This document shows, piece after piece, positions 15,923 through 21,540 of a DNA stretch of 31,707 bases. How positions within the stretch are numbered: the stretch's first letter is position 1; each line of letters starts with the position of its first letter. The stretch is from a virus, in IMG/VR virus record IMGVR_UViG_3300033232_000021, positions 1 to 31,707 of that record; one strand, 5' to 3'. The notes beneath the pieces are model-generated. The model searched no databases. It was not told the origin of the DNA and saw nothing but the letters and a program-made list of their open reading frames with translations. The position numbers and the translations under genes were made by a program.

Positions 15923-16122
15923 TTAGTTCCTTTCTTTGTAGGTGCTAACTTATTAAACTCTTGCCAATATCTTAGTAAAATCATTGCGTGTCTATTACAA
16001 CAATCACACTTCATATCAAAATCATCAAAATTTCTCTGTAAACTCTCTATTAACTCCCTTTTTATATTATTAGAGTAATAAGGTTCTTTACTTTCTCTTA
16101 TTATTGTTCTTACTTTTTTCAT
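15919..16122 (-). CDS. Hypothetical protein (67 aa from ATG 16122).
   Basis: ATG at 16122 is preceded by AGAAAGGACAAG. The longer track ORF (to 16239) overlaps the 3' end of the upstream gene by about 150 nt. Confidence 0.4.
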   Translation of the reverse strand: MKKVRTIIRESKEPYYSNNIKRELIESLQRNFDDFDMKCDCCNRHAMILLRYWQEFNKLAPTKKGTK

Positions 16123-16495
16123 CTTGTCCTTTCTGTAAGTAGGTTTCTGCAAGTTTTCTTGCCTCTGCTCGTAGTAAGGAGTTAGCGACAACTGGTTGTA
16201 CATCGCTTGATATTTTAACAAATGTAGGTAACCACTCAATAAACCCTTTAACAGCTTCTTCTCTTACCTCATCATATCCCTCTTGTATAGTTTCAACACC
16301 ATCTTTTACACCCAAAAGATAACTTTTCTCTTTTTCTTGTTGTATTTTAGTTTCAACCCATTCCCACAAGTCATCTTTATTAACAGAGGAATCGCACTCA
16401 TAACAATTCATCTTAAAACCACTTGGTTTATCGCCAAAACAATGATTTATTTTTATATCAAACTCTTTTTTTATTTCCTCTATTTTATCTTTCAT
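16088..16495 (-). CDS. Hypothetical protein (135 aa).
   Basis: ATG is preceded by AGAAAGGAATAT. Confidence 0.55.
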   Translation of the reverse strand: MKDKIEEIKKEFDIKINHCFGDKPSGFKMNCYECDSSVNKDDLWEWVETKIQQEKEKSYLLGVKDGVETIQEGYDEVREEAVKGFIEWLPTFVKISSDVQPVVANSLLRAEARKLAETYLQKGQDEKSKNNNKRK

Positions 16496-16723
16496 ATATT
16501 CCTTTCTGTATGTTCACGGATAATATACATTTTTGTCTATTATCTTGTATCATACGATTCCATAAACCCTGTCTTTTTCGTGGTTTTTAACCCCGATGTT
16601 AGTTTCTCTTTAACTTCCAGTACAATTCTGTACAGGTAGGTTTTCTACCACTTTGGTTCATTGTAAGAACCTGATGGCGCTACCCTCAGTGCTTTAGACA
16701 CCAAGGGGGCGTAAATCCTAAAG

Positions 16724-16771
16724 GGTGTGGGCGTGAAAAAACCTGCCCATGAGTAGATAAACACCCACACC
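16724..16771 (-). promoter_or_regulatory. Large hairpin directly after the NinG-like gene. Possible terminator.
   Basis: ggtgtggg (16724-16731) pairs with cccacacc (16764-16771). On the minus strand it is followed by CUUUAGGAUUU. The 32-nt loop has its own GGGC/GCCC pairing. Confidence 0.3.
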
Positions 16772-16773
16772 TT

Positions 16774-17133
16774 CTAAGACTCAAGTTGCATTTTCAACTT
16801 CTCGTATATGTCTTGCATTTCTTCTAAAGTCACGGGGGTAGTTTCGTAGGATAGCCGATCTATCTCATCCATTGTTCCTTCCCCTAAGTATTCGTCTACC
16901 CACTTCCCGAAGGCTCGAGGGTGTTGGTGTGACCAGAAGTGGCATCCGGAACAAAGACAGATGGCATTGAGTTGGTTCCACCTTGTATGTAGGAATCTTC
17001 GGGAGTTAATGTGAGCGCATTGTAGATATTGTTTAGAACCGCAACGCTCACACTCCCCCACCTGTCGTACTACTTGGCTGAATATTTTATCCAGCTTTGC
17101 TTTCATCGTTTTTTTACTTGGTTTTCTTGGCAT
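16774..17133 (-). CDS. NinG/Rap-like Cys/His-rich recombination-associated protein (119 aa).
   Basis: CERCGSKQYLQCAHINSRRF...CLCSGCHFWSHQHP has the layout of lambda NinG-family proteins. Confidence 0.5.
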   Translation of the reverse strand: MPRKPSKKTMKAKLDKIFSQVVRQVGECERCGSKQYLQCAHINSRRFLHTRWNQLNAICLCSGCHFWSHQHPRAFGKWVDEYLGEGTMDEIDRLSYETTPVTLEEMQDIYEKLKMQLES

Positions 17134-17449
17134 GTGTTATTAGTTTCTTAACCGCTTCTTCTAATACACCTATCTTACCTTCTAACTCAAACATTCTTTG
17201 GTCTAATAGGTCGGTCTTTGAGGGGATATCAAAGTTTAAGTATTCGCCGTTTTGCTCTACACTTATCGTGACCGTGTCCCCTTCCTTCCAACCGTCTACT
17301 GTGGCGAGTTTCTTTTCACCCCATTCTTTATCAAGATACATTGATAACTTAGAATCCCCGGTATCAAGTATAACCATATTGTAAGGTCTACCTTTCTTGC
17401 TTACGCCTGACCTTATTTCAAGTTCTTTTATTTTAACGTTTTCTATCAT
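17114..17449 (-). CDS. Hypothetical protein (111 aa). Possibly an OB-fold or ssDNA-binding protein.
   Basis: ATGA-coupled to the upstream nuclease gene. Beta-rich N-terminus and coiled-coil tail. The functional guess is weak. Confidence 0.4.
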   Translation of the reverse strand: MIENVKIKELEIRSGVSKKGRPYNMVILDTGDSKLSMYLDKEWGEKKLATVDGWKEGDTVTISVEQNGEYLNFDIPSKTDLLDQRMFELEGKIGVLEEAVKKLITHAKKTK

Positions 17450-18129
17450 AGTAACCTTTCAGAAATTGGTACTCCGGCTTTTTTTAGAAGTTCTTCGTTT
17501 AGACTTTCCCATATAAACTTACAGGCTAAAAACCCTTGAAACTTATCCTTGGCTTTTTCGTACTTATATTTTCCGTCATCTTGCAATAAAAGTATAGCGG
17601 TATCCTCAACTTCTATGCCGTCTTCTGATAAGGCTTGTTTATAAGCACTAACCTGAAGGTGTGCTTCCGGGTAGATATCCTTACCTGTCTTTACATCTAT
17701 AATGGTAAGTTTTCCTTTTATCTTTACTAATAAATCAAGTGTTCCTGCGTATCTGTATTTTTCTGAATAGACCGTTTTTTCGTTCTCTACTACTTCAATG
17801 TCGTATTCGTTCACAAAGTCTTGGAATGCCTTAGCGTATTCCTGAAAAGGTCCTTCCTGTCCTACCACATCGCCTATATTTTTATATGCCTCAACGATGT
17901 CGTGTACGGCTGTTCCACGATCCTTTGCACTTTCGGATACCTTGTAAGGATAAGCGAGTGCTTCTTGTTCACTTAACTCGGGGTTTAATGCCGTTGCTTC
18001 GTAGACTTGTTTACCGTACCAATATCTCAACGCCGGTTTATCTATAACCTTTAAAATCTGAGTGACTGACGGATAGTACTTTTCATCTTTGATGTACATT
18101 CCTGCTCTTTTTTTTAGTTTTTCATTCAT
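17446..18129 (-). CDS. PD-(D/E)XK (RecB-family) nuclease (227 aa from ATG 18129).
   Basis: GTLDLLV...IIDVKTG...HLQVSAYKQAL corresponds to the D...(D/E)xK...QxxxY motifs. Confidence 0.75.
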   Translation of the reverse strand: MNEKLKKRAGMYIKDEKYYPSVTQILKVIDKPALRYWYGKQVYEATALNPELSEQEALAYPYKVSESAKDRGTAVHDIVEAYKNIGDVVGQEGPFQEYAKAFQDFVNEYDIEVVENEKTVYSEKYRYAGTLDLLVKIKGKLTIIDVKTGKDIYPEAHLQVSAYKQALSEDGIEVEDTAILLLQDDGKYKYEKAKDKFQGFLACKFIWESLNEELLKKAGVPISERLL

Positions 18130-18230
18130 AATATTAACCACCTTAAACCGAACCTAAGTATTGAAAGCGATATCCACGCACCTACTATAAACATTAGGCA
18201 ACTGCATCCGAATTCAATTATTTCGTCCAT
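18126..18230 (-). CDS. 34-aa hydrophobic peptide, not in the ORF track.
   Basis: GAAAGGAACACT followed by ATG. Protein is MDEIIEFGCSCLMFIVGAWISLSILRFGLRWLIL. ATGA overlap with the nuclease ATG. Confidence 0.4.
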   Translation of the reverse strand: MDEIIEFGCSCLMFIVGAWISLSILRFGLRWLIL

Positions 18231-18256
18231 AGTGTTCCTTTCGTAAATAAATATTT

Positions 18257-18291
18257 GTGGTAGCCGACTGGGAGTGACTACCACATCCCAG
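18257..18291 (-). promoter_or_regulatory. Interleaved stems forming an H-type pseudoknot or two mutually exclusive hairpins.
   Basis: gtggtag (18257-63) pairs with ctaccac (18278-84). ctggga (18268-73) pairs with tcccag (18286-91). The arms interdigitate. Confidence 0.3.
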
Positions 18292-18304
18292 CCGACTTTT
18301 ATGG

Positions 18305-18907
18305 TTACTCTAAACAGCTAACATATAGTCCGCTTTTATAGACTGACCACGCCTCCCAACTTCCTATTCCATCTCCCTCTACTCCATTTCCCCTGTCCCA
18401 AATCCAATATGCTACTTCCAAGTTCTTGTCTACGTTGAACATGTCTATTGCGGTGTACCCGAACTTCTCATAAATAGCTTTCTTCCAAGTAGCCCAATTT
18501 ATCTGTGCGATTCCTATATCACCTGTTTTAGATATAGCTTCCGGGTCTAAACCTGACTCACAACTAAATATCGCTATAGCAATCATTGAGGTCTTGTAGT
18601 CCCCCCACATTTGGACTATCTTCTGCTCGGTTGAAGTTAGATCCTCATATGGAGTTCCTACTACTACTATTTCCTTTACAGGTTCAGGTGCTTCTATTTC
18701 CTCAATCCTGTAAGGTAATTGGAATTGTAATGTTTGTTTAACTATATTTTGTTTAATTATTTGATGTCCGGCACCCCAATCCGCTACTTTTTTTATAGCC
18801 GTTGCTACACCAACTATTAAGACTATTAAGATAATTGCTACGAATACTGTCATTATTCCGTAATCGTTTTGTTTCTTCTTTGTTTTTTTAATAGGTATTA
18901 TTTCCAT
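18305..18907 (-). CDS. Membrane-anchored lytic transglycosylase (SLT domain, 200 aa).
   Basis: N-terminal TM segment MTVFVAIILIVLIVGVATAI. SLT motifs CESGLDP and GDIGIAQIN. Confidence 0.75.
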   Translation of the reverse strand: MEIIPIKKTKKKQNDYGIMTVFVAIILIVLIVGVATAIKKVADWGAGHQIIKQNIVKQTLQFQLPYRIEEIEAPEPVKEIVVVGTPYEDLTSTEQKIVQMWGDYKTSMIAIAIFSCESGLDPEAISKTGDIGIAQINWATWKKAIYEKFGYTAIDMFNVDKNLEVAYWIWDRGNGVEGDGIGSWEAWSVYKSGLYVSCLE

Positions 18908-19188
18908 GAGTAAAATTCACCTCCTTCATCGTAATCCCCGAACATATCCTTTATATCGTCCATGTCTGTTCTTTCTTCCGGGTCAAGGTCGTTTCTTACG
19001 TGGTCGCATTGCATACACTCACCAACGGAGTTCGTGAATTCGTATTCACTTCTTTTTGTGATTTTTTTTCCACAAGTAGGACACTTGTGTTCGTGGAGTA
19101 AAAATTTATTAAACTCTTCTTGTTGCTTGATGGTCTCAAGCGTTTCTTGACAAGCAGTAATTGCTTGGTCTATTAGGCTTTGTGTCAT
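18898..19188 (-). CDS. Zn-finger protein (96 aa).
   Basis: CPTCG...CMQCDH. SD is GAAAGG. Confidence 0.55.
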   Translation of the reverse strand: MTQSLIDQAITACQETLETIKQQEEFNKFLLHEHKCPTCGKKITKRSEYEFTNSVGECMQCDHVRNDLDPEERTDMDDIKDMFGDYDEGGEFYSWK

Positions 19189-19202
19189 GGGCTTTGCCTT
19201 TC

Positions 19203-19418
19203 TTAATTATCTACTGTATCCAATTTACCATTATTTATAAACTTTGTCAAGTGTTCTTTAATATCTTTGTACATATCTTCTGATATCACAACTTGGTTAT
19301 TCCTAACACGACATAGGTACGCCGGGGACTTATCCATAAATCGTGCAAATTCCATTAAAGGAACTTTCTCAAAGTCGGCGTCGTTTATTTCTATTAAGTT
19401 ATTTATTCGGACTTTCAT
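19203..19418 (-). CDS. Small putative DNA-binding (Cro/excisionase-like HTH) protein (71 aa).
   Basis: ATG at 19418 is preceded by GAGGAGGGAAATAT. The segment MEFARFMDKSPAYLCRVRNN is HTH-like. The track start at 19451 is TTG. Confidence 0.5.
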   Translation of the reverse strand: MKVRINNLIEINDADFEKVPLMEFARFMDKSPAYLCRVRNNQVVISEDMYKDIKEHLTKFINNGKLDTVDN

Positions 19419-19632
19419 ATATTTCCCTCCTCTCAAGGCGGACAGACTCAAAACCTTTTAGCTTCTCATAGTAATTAGTAGTGTCGTTTCTCATTATCAC
19501 CTTGGTCAGGTTTTCCAACCTTGTGATCCTATCTTCGTATTCCCTTATATAAGATAAAAATATCAATAAAGTAGCTAACATAATTGTAGCGAACATTAGG
19601 TCTTTAAATTGTCTTTTTATTTCTTCATTCAT
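19399..19632 (-). CDS. Single-pass membrane protein (77 aa from ATG 19632).
   Basis: TM segment MFATIMLATLLIFLSYI. Confidence 0.45.
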   Translation of the reverse strand: MNEEIKRQFKDLMFATIMLATLLIFLSYIREYEDRITRLENLTKVIMRNDTTNYYEKLKGFESVRLERREIYESPNK

Positions 19633-19942
19633 CTTGTTCAAAATTGTAGTCTTCAATTTCCTGCTTAAACCTATTTACATTTACCATTCCTAATATATGT
19701 GAGTCGGTCGGTACAAAGTAGTTCCAATAACCGTTGTTTGCCTTTATATAGTAAAAAAAGAACACGGCTTTCTTCCCGGTGTTTTTCTTATAGTAGGCAA
19801 GTGCTGTGTTCTCACTTAGTATTTTTACCTTTTCAATTTCAAAAGTTTCATTCGTAAAGTTATACTCACGGTCAGGGTTTGAGAATCGTTGACCGACTTC
19901 TTTAACTTTTAGTTTTAGTTTGTCTGCTACATCTTTTTTCAT
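19625..19942 (-). CDS. Hypothetical protein (105 aa).
   Basis: ATG ORF, ATGA-coupled to the upstream gene. Confidence 0.55.
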   Translation of the reverse strand: MKKDVADKLKLKVKEVGQRFSNPDREYNFTNETFEIEKVKILSENTALAYYKKNTGKKAVFFFYYIKANNGYWNYFVPTDSHILGMVNVNRFKQEIEDYNFEQDE

Positions 19943-20301
19943 TTAAATTGGTGTCCGCATTTTGGACAAGTAATTAACTTCTTTTTCTTTCTTTCCCTTT
20001 TAACATCAGGAAGGTAATCGTTTACAACCTTGTGCCAACTAATAGCCTTACCTTCCGGGAGTTTATTCATATCAGGGAATTTTTCGTAAAATCTAACAGA
20101 TCTTGAAATAGTCATTTCCGATACTCCTGAATCTTCTGCTATCTGTTCGTAATTATCACGCTGTGATTCAACTATAAATCTTCCCACCTCGTGATAGGTT
20201 TCAAGTAAAGACCAACGAGAATTAAACTCGCCCTCAACGATGATGGCTTTTAACTCTTCTATAAATTCGGTGTATTCTTCGTTCCTTGCCAAATTACTCA
20301 C
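19939..20301 (-). CDS. wHTH DNA-binding protein with a C-terminal Zn-ribbon (120 aa).
   Basis: LLETYHEVGRFIVE...IAEDSGVSEMTISRSVRFYEKFP resembles the N-terminal DNA-binding region of YhcG/DUF1016 proteins. C-terminus has CPKCGHQF. GTG start. Confidence 0.55.
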   Translation of the reverse strand: MSNLARNEEYTEFIEELKAIIVEGEFNSRWSLLETYHEVGRFIVESQRDNYEQIAEDSGVSEMTISRSVRFYEKFPDMNKLPEGKAISWHKVVNDYLPDVKRERKKKKLITCPKCGHQFK

Positions 20302-20422
20302 TTAATAAAACCCTTTCTAAATAGTCAATAATATAATCTACAGACAGCTTTTTATCAGGATAATTCTTATAATCTTTTAAAATTGCGAGTATTATTTTTA
20401 ATGCGGTTATGTCTATTTTCAT
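20294..20422 (-). CDS. Possible 42-aa ORF, not in the ORF track.
   Basis: Protein is MKIDITALKIILAILKDYKNYPDKKLSVDYIIDYLERVLLSE. A G-rich stretch lies upstream. It overlaps the GTG start of the next gene. Confidence 0.35.
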   Translation of the reverse strand: MKIDITALKIILAILKDYKNYPDKKLSVDYIIDYLERVLLSE

Positions 20423-20434
20423 CTCTACCCTACC

Positions 20435-20476
20435 CTACTCCACCGCTGTTTTTTGTTGTTGTTATCGGTGGGGTAG
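20435..20476 (-). promoter_or_regulatory. Strong 11-bp hairpin with a 20-nt A/C-rich loop between the first two early ORFs.
   Basis: ctactccaccg pairs with cggtggggtag (one G.U). The loop on the minus strand is AUAACAACAACAAAAAACAG. No U tract follows. Confidence 0.4.
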
Positions 20477-20487
20477 TGGTATTATAT

Positions 20488-20703
20488 CTACTTTACAGGA
20501 AATGTCAATGGTACAGAACCATCAAAGATACCACCGGGATTATCCAAATCATACACCGCCAATTTTTTTACAACGGTTTCAGATCCTTCATCCCTTAAAG
20601 CAAGATGGTCTTTGTAGTAATTCCTAAACATCTTACCTAATTCCGTAGGTGGTACTTTACCTAAGTTTCTTTTAATTTCTTTTAAGTGTTCTTGAGCAGT
20701 CAT
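20488..20703 (-). CDS. Hypothetical first early protein (71 aa from ATG 20703).
   Basis: The ATG at 20703 gives MTAQEHLKEIK... The track start at 20715 is a TTG lying inside a DnaA box. Confidence 0.5.
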   Translation of the reverse strand: MTAQEHLKEIKRNLGKVPPTELGKMFRNYYKDHLALRDEGSETVVKKLAVYDLDNPGGIFDGSVPLTFPVK

Positions 20704-20705
20704 AC

Positions 20706-20782
20706 TTATCCACAAAAGTTATCCACAATTTCGGGGCGGTCTATTTACTTTAAATACAATATCCCTATAAAAGTTATCCACA
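20706..20782 (+). promoter_or_regulatory. Cluster of three perfect DnaA boxes (TTATCCACA), all in the same orientation.
   Basis: Exact 9-mers at 20706-20714, 20719-20727 and 20774-20782. A 7/9 match (TTATAAACA) is at 20801-20809. Confidence 0.7.
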
Positions 20783-20814
20783 ATGATATTGATCCCCTAC
20801 TTATAAACACCCCT

Positions 20815-20890
20815 ATTAAAACCTACTAATATATAAATATATCTTTATATAATAGATACATTTAAAAATGTAAATTTTAATAAACATTTA
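20815..20890. other. Very AT-rich tract. Candidate DNA-unwinding element.
   Basis: Sequence is ttaaaacctactaatatataaatatatctttatataatagatacatttaaaaatgtaaattttaataaacattta. It lies about 30 bp from the DnaA boxes. Confidence 0.4.
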
Positions 20891-21001
20891 CGGTTGTGTG
20901 TTTACTCTCACGCCGTAAACTCGGAACAAGCACTTAACCTGTCTGCTTGTAGGAAGCTTTACTTACTTTTCAAGCTATACGCCTCACAGGTGTACCTCCG
21001 A

Positions 21002-21181
21002 TCATCTAATAAAGATGTCTTGCTTGTAATACTTACGTGCTTTCTTTATTAGACTTCTTTGTTCGTCACTTAGAATATATTTTCGGCGTTTTCGTTTACT
21101 AAACCTTTTTCTTTCCAGCCTTGCCTGTCATTTTAGTTCTTTTCTTTTTTCTTCTGATTCTTTTAAATACTCTTCGTTCAT
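21002..21181 (-). other. 59-sense-codon Lys/Arg-rich ORF interrupted by one in-frame UGA. May be noncoding.
   Basis: Reads MNEEYLKESEEKRKELK-TGA-QARLERKRFSKRKRRKYILSDEQRSLIKKARKYYKQDIFIR. The internal TGA is at 21128-21130 and is followed by C. Confidence 0.2.
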
Positions 21182-21221
21182 AACAAAAAGGACTCCTCGA
21201 GCCGAAGCTCAAAGAGTCCTT
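21181..21221 (-). terminator. Strong intrinsic terminator (T3) with a UUCG tetraloop.
   Basis: Minus strand reads AAGGACUC-UUU-GAGC-UUCG-GCUC-GAG-GAGUCCUU followed by UUUUGUU. Confidence 0.75.
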
Positions 21222-21226
21222 ATTGC

Positions 21227-21254
21227 TTATCACTCGTGTTGACATGTGTGATAA
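21227..21254. promoter_or_regulatory. Inverted repeat TTATCAC-N14-GTGATAA centred on the -35 box of P(+). Candidate operator.
   Basis: ttatcac at 21227-21233 and gtgataa at 21248-21254. Confidence 0.35.
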
Positions 21255-21268
21255 ACCTGTTGTATAAT
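21239..21268 (+). promoter_or_regulatory. Consensus sigma70-type promoter P(+), the only convincing plus-strand signal in the genome.
   Basis: TTGACA (21239-44), 18-nt spacer, TATAAT (21263-68). Confidence 0.6.
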
Positions 21269-21274
21269 TTGAAT

Positions 21275-21358
21275 AATTTATTCATAAGTAAATTAAATAA
21301 TATACCTCCTCGTGAGGTATGTCAAGAACCTCTCAATCAAATGAGGGGTTTTCTTGTT
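21275..21358 (+). ncRNA. Predicted small RNA of about 85 nt from P(+). It has an AU-rich 5' tail and two hairpins; the second is a terminator.
   Basis: Hairpin 1: atacctc/gaggtat (21302-21320) exposing CCUCCU. Hairpin 2: cctctca/tgagggg (21329-21348) followed by uuuucuuguu. No ORF with a usable RBS. Confidence 0.4.
21297..21325 (-). promoter_or_regulatory. Near-consensus promoter P(-), facing P(+).
   Basis: Minus strand reads TTGACA (21325-21320), 17-nt spacer, TATTAT (21302-21297). The spacer contains the 19-bp palindrome ATACCTC-ctcgt-GAGGTAT (21302-21320). Confidence 0.5.
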
Positions 21359-21363
21359 ATATG

Positions 21364-21396
21364 GGAAAAAAACACCGACCAGACGAGTCCGATCGG
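21364..21396 (-). terminator. Second minus-strand terminator (T2).
   Basis: Minus strand reads CCGAUC-GGACUCGUCU-GGUCGG followed by UGUUUUUUU. The stem has 6 bp including one G.U. Confidence 0.4.
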
Positions 21397-21483
21397 GGGC
21401 AGTACAAATTTTAATAGGTAAGCGTACATTTATGCCTTAGCAGTGTTTAGCTTTTACCATCTGTACACACCAGATAAATTTTA

Positions 21484-21527
21484 TCAAAAAAATTAGGGGA
21501 ATCAATATATAAAATATCAATTCCCCT
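21484..21527 (-). terminator. Intrinsic terminator (T1) ending the long late transcription unit.
   Basis: aggggaat pairs with attcccct (8 bp), extended by a further 4-bp stem. On the minus strand it is followed by AAUUUUUUUGA. Confidence 0.7.
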
Positions 21528-21540
21528 TGGGAGTCCGGTA

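Larger units (their letters stand above)
21181..21290 (-). ncRNA. Predicted minus-strand RNA of about 110 nt, or an early-operon leader, from P(-) to T3.
   Basis: Bounded by P(-) (21325-21297) and terminator T3. Its 5' end of about 16 nt is complementary to the 5' end of the plus-strand RNA. Confidence 0.35.

Noticed and set aside
16088-16239. Programmed frameshift joining ORF 16088-16495 to ORF 15919-16239 at the GAAAAAAG run.
   Set aside because: The A-run is not positioned as an X_XXY_YYZ heptamer in the upstream frame. The downstream frame is +1 rather than -1. A normal AAAGGA-N4-ATG start sits exactly there, so simple gene overlap explains the arrangement.
16655-16671. tRNA-like T-arm (GGTTC-N7-GAACC).
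   Set aside because: The loop is ATTGTAA (TTACAAT on the other strand), not TTCRANY. I could not build an acceptor stem, D-arm or anticodon arm around it on either strand.
21236-21421. 61-aa plus-strand ORF, and a 31-aa ORF starting at ATG 21319, downstream of P(+).
   Set aside because: The 61-aa ORF starts upstream of the promoter. The 31-aa ORF has GAGG only 1 nt from its ATG and runs through the predicted terminator. A noncoding RNA is the better interpretation.
15548-21540. Lysogeny module (integrase, CI-type repressor, attP).
   Set aside because: No tyrosine or serine recombinase motifs and no plus-strand repressor gene were found. Only small HTH proteins on the lytic strand are present. 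Temperate status cannot be supported from this sequence.
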